A stretch of DNA of 64,000 nucleotides. Origin: Thermoplasmata archaeon (GTDB lineage: Archaea > Thermoplasmatota > Thermoplasmata > Lutacidiplasmatales > UBA184). Below the pieces are notes generated by a model that worked only from the letters and a program-made list of their open reading frames with translations, was not told the origin of the DNA and did no database searches. Of this stretch, positions 54,478 to 64,000 are shown in pieces (within the stretch, counting starts at the first letter, position 1; the number at the start of each line of letters is the position of its first letter). The stretch spans positions 5,475 to 69,474 of the forward strand of contig DATJUZ010000049.1 of the NCBI GenBank assembly GCA_035502035.1, written 5' to 3'. The translations under genes and the position numbers were made by a program.

Positions 54478-55247
54478 GGCTCCCTCCCGTGCTGCGCCTC
54501 GTCGCCCGGAACTTCGCCTCCAACCTCGACCCGCTCACGATCATCATCCGGTTCGGCCAGCCGGCGATCACGATCGTGGTCCTCGGCACGATGTTCAGCT
54601 CGATCATCTCTTCGAACGTGACGGGGGGGACGACGTACACCGCGTTCCTCGTCCCGGGGATGGTCGCCTTCCAGATGATCACCGGAGGTGTGGTGTCGGG
54701 GAACCTTTTCTGGCTCGACCGTCGATGGGCGATGGTCGAGCAGATCTTCAGCGGGCCGTTCCTGCGCGCGGAGTACCTCGGCGGCCTCGTGCTCACGACG
54801 CTGCTGTTCTCGCTGGTCGGGGTCGGCGTGATGATGCTGGTCGGGCTGCCGTTCATCGGCGTTCCGTCGCTCTCGCCGCTCCGGGTCGGGGTCGTCCTCG
54901 TCACCGTGGCCCTCGGCAGCGTCTTCTTCGCCGGCCTGCTGATCGCCCTCGGCACCCGGCTGCGGTCGGCGAACGCCTACTTCACGATCCAGTCGTTCCT
55001 CCAGCTGTTCGTCATCTTCCTCTCGACCGTCTACTACCCGGTGACCTCGTCGACCCCGAAGGTCCTCGGCGTCATCTTCTACGGCAATCCGCTCACCTAC
55101 GCCGCGAACACGATCCGGGACGCCTTCTACCACACGCTCGGTTCGGGGGACCTGGTCTCGCTCGGCGTCCTCGGCGGATTGGCGGCGGCCGCGTTCGGGT
55201 CGGCGATCTGGGGTTTCCGCACGATGGACCTCGGCCCGATCCAGTGA
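54474..55247 (+). CDS. ABC-2 family permease
   Basis: A GTG start overlaps the ATPase stop. Six TM helices. Confidence 0.7.
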   Translation: MRLPPVLRLVARNFASNLDPLTIIIRFGQPAITIVVLGTMFSSIISSNVTGGTTYTAFLVPGMVAFQMITGGVVSGNLFWLDRRWAMVEQIFSGPFLRAEYLGGLVLTTLLFSLVGVGVMMLVGLPFIGVPSLSPLRVGVVLVTVALGSVFFAGLLIALGTRLRSANAYFTIQSFLQLFVIFLSTVYYPVTSSTPKVLGVIFYGNPLTYAANTIRDAFYHTLGSGDLVSLGVLGGLAAAAFGSAIWGFRTMDLGPIQ

Positions 55248-55633
55248 CCGGCCGGCCCGCCGACGTCCGGAGCCTGGCCGCCCGGAGAGCGGGGTGCTAG
55301 GCGTCCCCCGAGGTCGCCCCGCGGGCCCCTTCCCCGGGGGAACGGTCGGCGCCGTGGGGGCCGTGCCGAGGACCTCCGAAGCATCCTCCGCCGCGCTCCG
55401 TCGGACGCCGTCCGACGCACGCTCGGGGGCCGGAACGGCCCACCGGTGGCACCGCCTCTTCGAGGCCACGGAGCGTCGGGGCGCGGGGGCTGCCGCTGCG
55501 GAGGCGCTCCCCGGACCCTCCGGACGGGGACGACCGGCGCTCCGGTCGGCCGCCCCAGCGCTCGCGGGGGCCCTCGCGACAGCCGTCTCGGACCGGAGGC
55601 GACGCTTTTGGGGCGGACCGACTACCGGTCTCC

Positions 55634-56506
55634 GTGGCACGCCTGCGGCGGGTGCACGCCCCGGGGCGTCGGGAGTTTGAGTACATCGCCCAGGGGACCG
55701 GGCCGGCGACCCTGCTCGTCCACCCGGGCGGCCCCGGCCTGACCTACCACTACCTGCGGGGCCTGCTGCGGCTCGCGTCGGCGAACCTGCGGGTCGTCCT
55801 GTTCAACCCGCGCGGCGTCGGTCACAGCTGGGCGCCGCGGCGCGCCGCCGAGTACACCGTCGCGAACCTCGCCGAGGACGTCGAGGCGATCCGCCGCGCC
55901 CTCCGCATCCGCGAGCTCCACCTGCTCGGTTTCTCGGCCGGCGGGTTCGTGGCGCTCGAGTACGCGCACCGCTACGAGCGTCACCTCACGTCGCTGCTGC
56001 TCTGCGCGACGGCCGGCAGCGCGGAGGAGGTCCGCCAGGCGAACCGTCGGATGGTCGCCGCCGCCTCTCCCGGCCAGAGGGCCCGTCTGCGCGAGCTCAC
56101 GCGCGCCCGGGCGTTCGGCAGCCCGGAGTACGTCGCGCTCGTGGAGGCGATCCAGCGGCCGTTCCAGGCTCGGTTCCTGCGGAGCTGGCCCCAGGACTGG
56201 AAGGCGACGCGCGCCGCCCCCGCGGTCTACCGGGCGATGGTCTGCCGCTCGGGGGACGAGTTCGAGGTCGACGGGACGCTCGCGCGCTGGGACGGCCGGC
56301 GCTACTACTCGAGGATCGAGGTCCCGACCGCGGTCGTCGTCGGTCGGTACGACTACTTCTTCGAGGCGGCGGTCGAGGCGAACGAGCGGATCGAGCCGGC
56401 CCACCTGCGGGTGCTCCCGCGGTCGAGCCACCTCGCGATCCTCGAGCAGCCCCGGGAGTTCGTCGGGACGGTCCGCGAGTTCCTCGGCGATGTGACCGGC
56501 GGCTGA
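55634..56506 (+). CDS. Alpha/beta hydrolase (proline-iminopeptidase-like)
   Basis: The nucleophile elbow GFSAGG (G-x-S-x-G) and an HPGGPG-containing N-terminus. Confidence 0.6.
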   Translation: MARLRRVHAPGRREFEYIAQGTGPATLLVHPGGPGLTYHYLRGLLRLASANLRVVLFNPRGVGHSWAPRRAAEYTVANLAEDVEAIRRALRIRELHLLGFSAGGFVALEYAHRYERHLTSLLLCATAGSAEEVRQANRRMVAAASPGQRARLRELTRARAFGSPEYVALVEAIQRPFQARFLRSWPQDWKATRAAPAVYRAMVCRSGDEFEVDGTLARWDGRRYYSRIEVPTAVVVGRYDYFFEAAVEANERIEPAHLRVLPRSSHLAILEQPREFVGTVREFLGDVTGG

Positions 56507-56568
56507 GCCGGCCGCTCCCGTCGAACGTATAGCGCCTCCCTCCGTAGGAGGGGGGAGGACGGGCGACG

Positions 56569-57264
56569 ATGGCACCGGGAACGACGGGCGGCAGCGTCGA
56601 CCCCACGACGATCCGCCTCCGACTCACGCCCGCGGCGCGCGAGGCGCTCGCCGGGGCGCTCGCCGGTCGGACCGACGGCTTCGGGGTCCGGCTCTGGGTC
56701 GAGCGGGGGATGCGCCCCCACGCCCAGATGATGCTCGACCGGCCGAGCGTGCGCGACGTCCCGGTGACGGTCGACGGGGTACCGATGCTGGTCGACGAGG
56801 CGAGCATCGCCTTCCTGCGCGACGCCGAGGTGCGGTACCGGTCCGACGTCCAGCCGGCCGGCTTCGAGGTCGTCGGACCGTTCCTGCCGTCCCGGCTCGC
56901 GGCCCCCGAGGGGGCGGCGCCATCGCCCGGTCCGTCCTCCGCGCCGTCCGACGGCCCCCACGCCGCCGCGGAGGGAAAGGTGCGCGAGGCGCTCCGGAAC
57001 GTCTACGACCCCGAGATCCCGATGAACGTCGTCGACCTCGGGCTGATCTACGGCCTCGCGTGGGGCGACGACGGGGCGCTCACGGTCCGGATGACGATGA
57101 CGAGCCCGGGCTGCCCGGCCGTCGAGGAGCTCGTCCGCGAGGTCGAGAAGACCGCGCAGGGCGCCTCCGGCGCCCCGAGCGTGAAGGTCGAGATCGTCTG
57201 GGAGCCCCCGTGGGGCCCCGAGAAGATGACCGACTTCGCCCGGCGCCAGTTCGGCTACGCGTAG
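56569..57264 (+). CDS. Fusion protein: HesB/IscA-like N-domain + DUF59 (SufT/MIP18-type FeS-assembly) C-domain
   Basis: The C-terminal [26 protein letters not shown]...MTMTSPGCP is DUF59. The N-terminal [13 protein letters not shown]...[11 protein letters not shown]...[16 protein letters not shown] resembles the IscA fold. Confidence 0.5.
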   Translation: MAPGTTGGSVDPTTIRLRLTPAAREALAGALAGRTDGFGVRLWVERGMRPHAQMMLDRPSVRDVPVTVDGVPMLVDEASIAFLRDAEVRYRSDVQPAGFEVVGPFLPSRLAAPEGAAPSPGPSSAPSDGPHAAAEGKVREALRNVYDPEIPMNVVDLGLIYGLAWGDDGALTVRMTMTSPGCPAVEELVREVEKTAQGASGAPSVKVEIVWEPPWGPEKMTDFARRQFGYA

Positions 57265-57274
57265 GCGGGCGCGC

Positions 57275-58819
57275 CTACGGCTCGGGGTTCCTCGGGAGCG
57301 GGGCGCCGCACGCCTGACACGTGCGCCGTATCGGCAGATTGGTGGAGCCGCACTTCGGACAGACCTTCGCGCCCCGGACCGAGCTCGCCGGCCCGGTCGG
57401 GGGGACCCACCGGGACATCGCCGTTCGGCGCTCGGCCTCCTCGTCGCGCCGGCGCGCCGCGGCGACCCCGATGGCGAGCACCACGCCGCTCGCGAGGCCG
57501 GCGAGCAGGCCGAGCTCCGGGGTCACCCAGGAGAACGCCGGCTTCGGGTGGACCTCGATCGCGTACGACGCCGTCGCCCGGACCCCGAGCGCGTCGGTGA
57601 CCACGCACTGCGCGACGTACGTCCCCGTGCTCCCGTAGCTCGCGCTCCCGTTCGCGTAGCTGTCCGAGCTACTGATTCGCGCGCCGTCGCCGAGCGTCCA
57701 GGCGGCCGTGGTCGGGGCGGTCCCGAGCGAGCCGGCGCACCGGAACGCGAGCGACGAGCCGACCGTGACGTTCGTCGCGCCGACGCTCGCGACGACCTTC
57801 GGGGGCGGGTTGACGAGCACGTCGACGGCCGGGGTCACGAAACGGTCGCCGGCGTGGTCGGTCACCTGGCAGCGGACGGTGTAGCCGGAGGTCGACGGTT
57901 CGGCGTAGACGTGGCTGGAGGTCCCCGAACCGGCGACGAACGAGGTCGTGCCGTTCGTGTAGTTCCAGCGGAACGTGTACGGCGCCGTGCCCCCGGACGG
58001 GTTGCACGTGAAGCCGACCAGGAGGCCCGTGTCGACGACCGCGCGCGTCTCGGTCGCCGTCGCGGTGAGCGCGGTCGCCGTTCCGGCGGTGATCGTGTTC
58101 GAGCTCGTCGTCGAGCGTCCCCCGGGCGAGCAGCCGGAGCAGGCGTCCGAGGTGTTGACGAAGAACGAGTAGCTGTGGCCGCTCAGGAGGTTCGTGACGT
58201 CGAGCAGCCGGTCGGACGGGTTGGTGATCGTCGCGTAGACGCTCAGGCTCCCGTCGTCGACCTCCTCGACCGTGTAGGCGCCGAACGTGATGCCGCCCGA
58301 GCCTCCGGGGGTGTACGTCGCGTTGTTCGTCCAGGAGAGGTTGATCGAATCCGAGGAGTTGGACGGGCTGGTGAGGTAGGCGACGCCGGGCTGGAGGGTC
58401 GAGATCACCTCGCCGTACGTCGCCACCGTCTTCGCGCCGATCCCGAGGATCCCGGCGGTCGTGCTGTAGGCGGTGACGTTCCACCAGTACGTCCCGTCCG
58501 GCTCGAGGTTCGAGACCACGGCCGCCGGGGAGCTCTCCGCCGTCACGACCGCCGCGAGCGTCCACGGGCCGGAAGCGCTCGCGTTCGAGACCCGAACGGT
58601 GTAGTTGTCGAACCCGGTGGCCGTCGACGCGGTCCAGGCGAGGCTCGCCGCGGCGGGCGACAGGCCGTTCGCGCTGACCGTGAAACCGGCCGACGGGACC
58701 GGCGCGAGCGGGGCCGACGGCGCGTCCGAGCCCCCGCTGCGGCCCGCGACGCCCAGCGCGAGCGACCCGCCGACGACGAGGACCCCCAGAAGGAGCGCGG
58801 CGTACCCGGAGCGCGACAC
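57275..58819 (-). CDS. Type-I membrane surface protein: signal peptide, FN3/PKD-like beta-sandwich ectodomains with many sequons, one TM anchor, cytoplasmic C4 zinc-ribbon tail
   Basis: N-terminal [25 protein letters not shown]. Repeated ...[10 protein letters not shown].. / ..[12 protein letters not shown].. PKD-like motifs. A TM helix [19 protein letters not shown]-terminal CPKCGSTN...CQACGAP. Confidence 0.55.
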   Translation of the reverse strand: MSRSGYAALLLGVLVVGGSLALGVAGRSGGSDAPSAPLAPVPSAGFTVSANGLSPAAASLAWTASTATGFDNYTVRVSNASASGPWTLAAVVTAESSPAAVVSNLEPDGTYWWNVTAYSTTAGILGIGAKTVATYGEVISTLQPGVAYLTSPSNSSDSINLSWTNNATYTPGGSGGITFGAYTVEEVDDGSLSVYATITNPSDRLLDVTNLLSGHSYSFFVNTSDACSGCSPGGRSTTSSNTITAGTATALTATATETRAVVDTGLLVGFTCNPSGGTAPYTFRWNYTNGTTSFVAGSGTSSHVYAEPSTSGYTVRCQVTDHAGDRFVTPAVDVLVNPPPKVVASVGATNVTVGSSLAFRCAGSLGTAPTTAAWTLGDGARISSSDSYANGSASYGSTGTYVAQCVVTDALGVRATASYAIEVHPKPAFSWVTPELGLLAGLASGVVLAIGVAAARRRDEEAERRTAMSRWVPPTGPASSVRGAKVCPKCGSTNLPIRRTCQACGAPLPRNPEP

Positions 58820-58915
58820 GCGCCGGTGTTGAGGCCGCGATCGGGGAGATATACCTTCCTCCGAAACGAGCGCGAGCCGCCGTCGTCGGCCGGCCCGGCC
58901 GGGCGCCGTCGTCCC

Positions 58916-60127
58916 TCAGCTCGGGGCCCCGGTCGAAGCGTCGGCCGGGAGGCGGCGCACCGCCGCACGGAACGCCCAGCTCCCCGCGATCGTCGTCACG
59001 AGCGAGGTCAGGACGATCGCGGCGAGCTCGGACTGGTCGAACAGACCGCTCGACAGCCCGATCGCCCCGACAACGAGGCCGATCTCCCCGCGGGGGATCA
59101 TGCCGACCGCGACCGCCCGTGCGGCGACGCCCTCCCGCAGCTTCGCGCGCGCGAAGCCGTAGACGCCGGCGAGCTTGCCGACGACGGCGAGCGCGGCGAG
59201 GCCGAGCGACGCCGCGACGAGGGTCGGGACGAGCAGGTCGTGGACGTCGAACTCCGCGCCGACGACCACGAAGAACAGCGCCCCGAAGAAGACGAGGAGC
59301 ACCTCGGTGAGCTCGCGCGTCCGCTCGGCGACGAGGCTCTCGGCGACCGCGATCCCGGCGATGAACGCGCCGATCACCGCGGAGAAGCCGAGCCCGACGA
59401 CGATCGCGACGAGGACGAACAGGAACAGGAACGGCATCCCCCGCGTCGCGCGGAGCGCCGGCAGGCGCAGCAGCCGCGGGATCACGATCACCGCGGCGAC
59501 CAGGAGCACGAGCCAGGCGACCGCCGACTCGGCGACGCTCCCCGTGACGGCGAGGACGTCGACGTGGCCGCCGACGATCGTCAGCACGACGCTGAGGAGG
59601 ATGAGCGCCACGACGTCGTCGAGCGCCGCGGCGTTGAGCAGCAGGCGGCCGGCGGGCGTCTCGCCGACGCGCTCGGAGCTCCGGAGCGAGGCGACCACGG
59701 CGGCGCTCGTCGGCGCGGCGGCGACGCCGAGCAGGAGCGCGGTGTCGAGCGGGACGAACCGCGACGCGACGAGCGCGACCAGGGCGAACGGCGCGAGGTC
59801 CCCGGCCAGCGCGGCGCCGACGGCGGCGGCCCCGGCCTCGCGGAGGCTTCGGACCCCGCTGCCGAGCCCGGCGGCGAACAGCAGCAGGATCACGGAGAGG
59901 TCGGCGAACAGCTGGACGTCGGTCCCGGTGCCGAAGAGCGGCACGCCGACCAGGCGGTTGAGCACGCCGCCGACCGCGAAGTTGCTCAGCACGATCCCGA
60001 GCAGGATCCAGGCGACGACCGGGGGGATCCGGGCCCGCTCCGCGAGGGGAACGAGCAGCTCCGCGAGCGCGAGGAAGACGAACACCTCGAGGAGCGCGTA
60101 CTCGCCGACCACGGGGACGCTGGTCAT
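58916..60127 (-). CDS. Monovalent cation:proton antiporter (CPA2/Kef-type Na+/H+ exchanger)
   Basis: 12-TM Na_H_Exchanger-type pattern. Start is the internal ATG at 60127 ([10 protein letters not shown]...). Confidence 0.65.
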   Translation of the reverse strand: MTSVPVVGEYALLEVFVFLALAELLVPLAERARIPPVVAWILLGIVLSNFAVGGVLNRLVGVPLFGTGTDVQLFADLSVILLLFAAGLGSGVRSLREAGAAAVGAALAGDLAPFALVALVASRFVPLDTALLLGVAAAPTSAAVVASLRSSERVGETPAGRLLLNAAALDDVVALILLSVVLTIVGGHVDVLAVTGSVAESAVAWLVLLVAAVIVIPRLLRLPALRATRGMPFLFLFVLVAIVVGLGFSAVIGAFIAGIAVAESLVAERTRELTEVLLVFFGALFFVVVGAEFDVHDLLVPTLVAASLGLAALAVVGKLAGVYGFARAKLREGVAARAVAVGMIPRGEIGLVVGAIGLSSGLFDQSELAAIVLTSLVTTIAGSWAFRAAVRRLPADASTGAPS

Positions 60128-60210
60128 GCGGACGCACGCCTCGGCGCGGCAGCCGGGCCGAACGGAAAAGCGTCCCGGCGCGGCCGGACGACGGCCGGCG
60201 GCGTTCCCCA

Positions 60211-60223
60211 AAACTCAAATAAT
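60211..60223 (+). promoter_or_regulatory. AT-rich TATA-like element (aaactcaaataat) upstream of rpo6
   Basis: A striking AT island in GC-rich DNA immediately 5' of the rpo6 frame. Confidence 0.4.
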
Positions 60224-60232
60224 GTACCCCAA

Positions 60233-60511
60233 GTGGCCGAGGCCTTGACGGCCGCCGCTCTCATCGCGGCGCCCGGGAAGAGCAGCGTGAGCGACCGGTC
60301 GACCCCCCAGGCCCGGTCCCGGGAGGAGTACACCCGGTTCGAGCGCGCCCGCATCCTCGGCGCCCGCGCGCTGCAGGTCTCCCTCGGGGCGCCGATCCTG
60401 ATCGACGTGCCGCCGACCCTCGTCGACCCGGTGGAGATCGCCGAACGGGAGTTCGCCGCCGCCCGGATCCCGATCACGGTGCGCCGCAAGCCGGGCAGCC
60501 CGGCGTCCTAG
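60233..60511 (+). CDS. rpoK: DNA-directed RNA polymerase subunit Rpo6 (RpoK/omega-like)
   Basis: [29 protein letters not shown]...[10 protein letters not shown] is the Rpo6 core. GTG start at 60233; an alternative GTG at 60287 would give 74 aa. Confidence 0.7.
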   Translation: MAEALTAAALIAAPGKSSVSDRSTPQARSREEYTRFERARILGARALQVSLGAPILIDVPPTLVDPVEIAEREFAAARIPITVRRKPGSPAS

Positions 60512-61293
60512 AGCCCGGCCTGGTCGAGGGCCCGGGCGCACGCGCAGCGCGGCTCGCGCGCAAGACCGGGGAGGAGCTCGGCGAGGACCCGGCGCATCCT
60601 CGCGGCGTTCTGCGTCATGGTCGCGACGATCTCGGCGGCGTCGACCGGCTTTTCGGCCCAGACGTCGAAGTCGGTGACCATCGCGAGGCAGACGTAGCAG
60701 AGGCCCCGCTCCCGGGCGAGCGTCACCTCCGGCACGAGCGTCATGCCGATCACGTCGGCGAACGAGCGGAAGTAGCTCGACTCGGCGCGCGTGCTGAACC
60801 GCGGGCCCTCGACGCAGACGTACGTCTTCCCCGCCGCGAAGGGGCTCGCGCACCGCCGGCCGGCGTCGGCGGCGGCGTCCGACAGCTCCGGGCAGAACGG
60901 GTCGGCCATCGAGACGTGGTAGACGCGGCCGCCGTCGAAGAACGTCGTCGGCCGCTGCCGGGTGAGGTCGACGAACTGCGACGGGAGCACGAACGTTCCC
61001 GGCGGGAGCTCCTCCCGCAGCGAGCCGACCGAGCTGACCGTCACGATCGCCTCGGCGCCGAGCTCCCGCAGGGCGTCGATGTTCGCGCGGTAGTTGACCC
61101 GGTGCGGGGGGATCGAGTGGCCGGGACCGTGCCGCGCGAGGTAGAGGACGCGCACCCCCCCGACCCGGCCCTCCTCGATCGGTCCGGACGGAGGGCCCCA
61201 GGGCGTCGCGACGCGGTGGAGCTTCGGCTCGCCCTCGAGGACGCCCCCGACGCCGGAGCCGCCGATCACGCCGATCGTGGACCGCGCGCTCAC
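60508..61293 (-). CDS. mtnP: S-methyl-5'-thioadenosine / purine nucleoside phosphorylase
   Basis: PNP_UDP_1 family: IGVIGGSG...[21 protein letters not shown]...[21 protein letters not shown] start at 61293. Confidence 0.75.
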   Translation of the reverse strand: MSARSTIGVIGGSGVGGVLEGEPKLHRVATPWGPPSGPIEEGRVGGVRVLYLARHGPGHSIPPHRVNYRANIDALRELGAEAIVTVSSVGSLREELPPGTFVLPSQFVDLTRQRPTTFFDGGRVYHVSMADPFCPELSDAAADAGRRCASPFAAGKTYVCVEGPRFSTRAESSYFRSFADVIGMTLVPEVTLARERGLCYVCLAMVTDFDVWAEKPVDAAEIVATMTQNAARMRRVLAELLPGLAREPRCACARALDQAGL

Positions 61294-61952
61294 GGGGAGC
61301 GGCCCCCGCGGTCGGCCGACGGCCGGGCCCGCGCGAGGAACCGCGCCATCACCACCTCGCCCCGCGTCCGCTCGACCAGCGTCCGCGCCTGGTCCTGCTT
61401 CGGCTTGAGCTGCACGATCGCGCGGCTCGTGTCGAACCGCAGCAGCGCCTGGGTCAGCTCCTCCATGAGGCGCAGGTGCCGTTCGGCGCCGCCGACGTCG
61501 TCGTGCCCGAGGCGCTCCAGCGCGAGGCGACGGACCTCTCCGATGACGTCGCCGAGCCCGAGCAGGTAGGGCTCCGGCTCGACGTCGAGCTCGCCGGGTC
61601 CCGGGAACGGCGCGCCGGTGACGACCGAGCCGAGGAGGCACGCCTCGACCCCCTCCTGGAGCGCGTCGTGGGCGAGCGGCTCGTCGGCCCGGCCCTCGCG
61701 CCGGAGCCGGGCCGAGAGCTCGCCGAGGGAAACGCGGACGCTCGCGAGCTCGGTCGCGTCGGCGACGCCGAGGTGGACGCGGTTCATCGTCGCCTGGGCG
61801 AGGCGCCGGAGGCGACGCGCCTGCTGGTAGAGCTCCTCGCGACGGAGCTCGCGCTGCCGCAGGTGCGTCTCGATCGACCCGAGGACCGCCTCGCCGAGCG
61901 CCGGCGGGGCCGCGCCCGAAGCGTCAGCGGAAGAGCGTGAATCGTGCTCCAT
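61290..61952 (-). CDS. Translin-family protein
   Basis: PYLLGLGDVIGEVRRLALERLGHDDVGGAERHLRLMEELTQAL matches the translin core (Y..G..DL.GEL.R). Confidence 0.5.
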   Translation of the reverse strand: MEHDSRSSADASGAAPPALGEAVLGSIETHLRQRELRREELYQQARRLRRLAQATMNRVHLGVADATELASVRVSLGELSARLRREGRADEPLAHDALQEGVEACLLGSVVTGAPFPGPGELDVEPEPYLLGLGDVIGEVRRLALERLGHDDVGGAERHLRLMEELTQALLRFDTSRAIVQLKPKQDQARTLVERTRGEVVMARFLARARPSADRGGRSP

Positions 61953-62226
61953 CGTTCTGTCCGTCCAGGAGACCGAGCCGGACGCCCGCGTCGAGCCAGC
62001 CGTGCGCGTAGCTGACCGCGGCGAGCGCCCGGTCTCGGTCGCCGCTCGCCGAGAAATGCTCCGCGTCCGCGAGGTAGGCCCGGGCCATCGCGAGCACGTC
62101 GTCCGACCCCCCGCGCAGGAACGACCGCTCCGGCACCCCGGGGCGGACGACCGCGAGCGCCTCCCGGGTCAGGCGCAGGTAGCGCTCGAGCAGGGTCCCG
62201 GCAGGGTCGACCGGCGGCTCGCTCAT
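61924..62226 (-). CDS. Small archaeal conserved protein (DUF357-like)
   Basis: ...[42 protein letters not shown] shows the YAHGWLDAG motif. Confidence 0.4.
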   Translation of the reverse strand: MSEPPVDPAGTLLERYLRLTREALAVVRPGVPERSFLRGGSDDVLAMARAYLADAEHFSASGDRDRALAAVSYAHGWLDAGVRLGLLDGQNDGARFTLFR

Positions 62227-62870
62227 CCCTTCGGGACCTTCTCCCAGTCCTTGAGGAACCGGGCGAGCCCCAGGTCGGTGAGGGGATGCTGGACGAGCTT
62301 CTCCATGACCGCGAACGGCATCGTCGCGATGTCGGCCCCGATCTTCGCGGCGTCGACGACGTGCATCGGGTGGCGCACGCTGGCGACCAGCACCTTGGTC
62401 GCGACCTTGTAGTTGCGGTAGATCGTCACGATCTCGCGGATCAGCTCCATGCCGTCCTGCCCCTGGTCGTCCAGGCGGCCGATGAACGGGCTCGCGTACG
62501 TCGCGCCGACCTTGGCGGCGAGGAGCGCCTGGTTCGCGCTGAAGACGAGCGTCATGTTGACGCGCGTTCCCTCGCTCGCGAGGATCCGGGTCGCCTTCAG
62601 CCCGGCGGGCGTCATCGGGACCTTGACGTAGATCGACGGGTGCATCTCCCGCAGGCGCCGCCCCTCACGGAGCATCCCCTCCGTGTCGGTCGCGACGACC
62701 TCCGCCGAGACCGACGGCACGCCGAGCGCGCAGATCTCGCGCAGGACCGCGTCGAACGTCCGGCCCTCCTTCGCGACCAGGGTCGGGTTCGTCGTGACCC
62801 CGTCCAGGATGCCGATCTCCCACATCGTCTTGATCTCGGTCACGCTCGCCGTGTCCAGGAACAGCTGCAT
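62223..62870 (-). CDS. tal: Transaldolase (archaeal short form, fructose-6-phosphate-aldolase-like)
   Basis: [10 protein letters not shown]...[13 protein letters not shown]...IYVKVPMT shows the TTNPT motif and the Schiff-base lysine. Confidence 0.85.
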   Translation of the reverse strand: MQLFLDTASVTEIKTMWEIGILDGVTTNPTLVAKEGRTFDAVLREICALGVPSVSAEVVATDTEGMLREGRRLREMHPSIYVKVPMTPAGLKATRILASEGTRVNMTLVFSANQALLAAKVGATYASPFIGRLDDQGQDGMELIREIVTIYRNYKVATKVLVASVRHPMHVVDAAKIGADIATMPFAVMEKLVQHPLTDLGLARFLKDWEKVPKG

Positions 62871-62909
62871 CGCCGACCTTCCGATTCCGGCCGCGGCTAG
62901 CCGCGTTCC

Positions 62910-63848
62910 CTACTCAACCTTGCCGCGTAGGCGGAGCAGCTCCCAGGCGGCGTCCACGAGCCGCGGCACGCCGAGCGGCCCGCCGACCAGCCCCTCGGGC
63001 TCGCCGTCGGGCTCCCCCGGGCCGATCCGACGGATCGGGATCGGGTGGTTCTCGGCGGTGATCGTCGCCACGAGCGTCCCCACCCCCGTCGGGAGGGGCG
63101 CCGGCTCGACGACCAGGATCGCCCCCGTCTCCCGCGCGGCGCGGACGATCGATGCCTGGTCGAACGGCTTCAGCGAGGCGACGTCCAGCACCCGGGCCGA
63201 GACCCCGACGCGCTCGAGCTCCCCGGCCGTCCCCAGAGCGGGGACGAGCGCGGACCCGTACGCCACGATCGCCAGGTCGGCCCCCGCGCGGCGCTCGACG
63301 GCGCGGCCGAGGACGAAGCTGCCGTCGGTGCAGGTCCTCGCGGTCGGCTCCGGCAGTCGGAGGTAGCACGGGCCCTCCCGAGCGGCGAGCGCCTCGATGG
63401 CGGTGCGTGCGCTCGGGCCGTCGGCGGGGGCGACCACCGTCGTCCCCGGGAGGCTGCGAACGAGGGAGAGGTCGTGTCGGTCGGCGTCCGTCGGTCGGCC
63501 CCTCCCGCCTTCCGGGGCGGTCGCGAGGAAGCGGACCGGGGCGCGGAGGGCGATCGCGGGTCGGACCACCTCCTCCAGGCCCGGACCCATCAGGAACGCC
63601 GCCGGGGCCCGCACGAAGAGCGCGGGGGAGCCCGCGGACGACCCGGCGAGAGCGTCCCGGGCCGCCGCGGGCGTGGCGGTCGACAGACGGTAGCGTCCGG
63701 GGTAGCGGGAGGCGAACGACGGGGCCGCGGGCGCCGTGCCGATCTCGACGACCGCGAACCCGTGACCGGCCTCCGCGGCGGCGACCCACGCCTCGTCCGC
63801 AGGGTCGCGCGCGGTCGGCTCCGCGCCGGCGCTCCGTGAGGCCATCAC
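62910..63848 (-). CDS. Transketolase C-terminal-section-like protein (divergent)
   Basis: The C-terminal half matches TktC (...VVAPADGPSARTAIEAL...CYLRLPE...LAIVAYGSALVPAL...VLDVASLKPFDQASIV...). The usual GIAEQ and GPTHQ motifs appear replaced (STATPAA, RPTDADRHD). Confidence 0.45.
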   Translation of the reverse strand: MMASRSAGAEPTARDPADEAWVAAAEAGHGFAVVEIGTAPAAPSFASRYPGRYRLSTATPAAARDALAGSSAGSPALFVRAPAAFLMGPGLEEVVRPAIALRAPVRFLATAPEGGRGRPTDADRHDLSLVRSLPGTTVVAPADGPSARTAIEALAAREGPCYLRLPEPTARTCTDGSFVLGRAVERRAGADLAIVAYGSALVPALGTAGELERVGVSARVLDVASLKPFDQASIVRAARETGAILVVEPAPLPTGVGTLVATITAENHPIPIRRIGPGEPDGEPEGLVGGPLGVPRLVDAAWELLRLRGKVE

Positions 63849-64000
63849 GCCGGCCAGCCGAGCACGGCTCTTAGGGTGCGCGTCCGCGGCTCGGTCGGCT
63901 CGGGCCTCGGGAGGAGCCGCGTCTCGCGCCGGCCGCTCGGCGGGGTCGCCCGGGCGGGCCCCCCGAGCCTCCGAGACGGCGCAGCGTGGCGAGGTCCTCC

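Noticed and set aside
53532-55640. 702-aa minus-strand ORF antisense to the second ABC transporter pair
   Set aside because: A shadow frame. The ABC ATPase has Walker A/B and signature motifs on the plus strand.
57548-60511. 987-aa plus-strand ORF and 849-aa minus-strand ORF (57669..60218)
   Set aside because: Only the last 279 nt (rpo6) of the plus-strand ORF are meaningful. The rest is antisense to the PKD-surface-protein and CPA2 genes.
63845-64000. Possible 3' end of a transketolase N-terminal-subunit gene on the minus strand
   Set aside because: Both candidate frames translate to Arg/Pro/Gly-rich sequence with no resemblance to the TPP-binding subunit C-terminus, and the fragment is too short to support a call.
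1-64000. CRISPR arrays, Cas genes, IS elements/transposases, integrases and prophage remnants
   Set aside because: No direct-repeat/spacer periodicity was seen and no protein had transposase/integrase/Cas motifs. Mobile or defence content cannot be supported from this window.
1-64000. Haloarchaeal origin (high GC and a LysW-type arg cluster both occur in Halobacteria)
   Set aside because: The encoded proteins are Arg-rich rather than Asp/Glu-rich, so they are not a halophile-type acidic proteome. Lineage is left unassigned beyond 'high-GC archaeon'.

Overview
A 64-kb segment of a very high-GC (~70%) archaeal chromosome, densely coded on both strands. The archaeal assignment rests on ribosomal protein L40e, RNA polymerase Rpo6, archease, translin, a ferredoxin + geranylgeranyl reductase pair and a LysW carrier-protein amino-acid cluster. 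Most of the window is housekeeping: a contiguous argG-argH-lysW-lysX-lysY-lysZ-lysJ-lysK block (12.5-20.2 kb), IleRS, thioredoxin reductase, an EtfB-EtfA fusion, serA plus a class-V aminotransferase, a MoxR-DUF58-DUF4129 operon, tRNA-Gly(GCC), MTAP, transaldolase and a transketolase-like protein. The first ~11 kb looks accessory and is the best candidate for something undescribed: a partial GH15 glycosidase, a radical-SAM/SPASM enzyme, two paralogous polytopic membrane proteins (one with a C-terminal Cys-rich FeS domain), and two large convergent secreted proteins that share an unrecognised ~80-aa repeat module. A glycogen-debranching-type hydrolase and two ABC-2 exporters are also present. 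No CRISPR array, Cas genes, transposases or integrases were seen. Many long ORFs in the six-frame track are GC-driven shadow frames and were rejected. Coordinates derive from the ORF track plus manual start refinement; features absent from the track (lysW, L40e, tRNA, Rpo6, Pcc1-like) were placed by hand and may be off by a few nucleotides.
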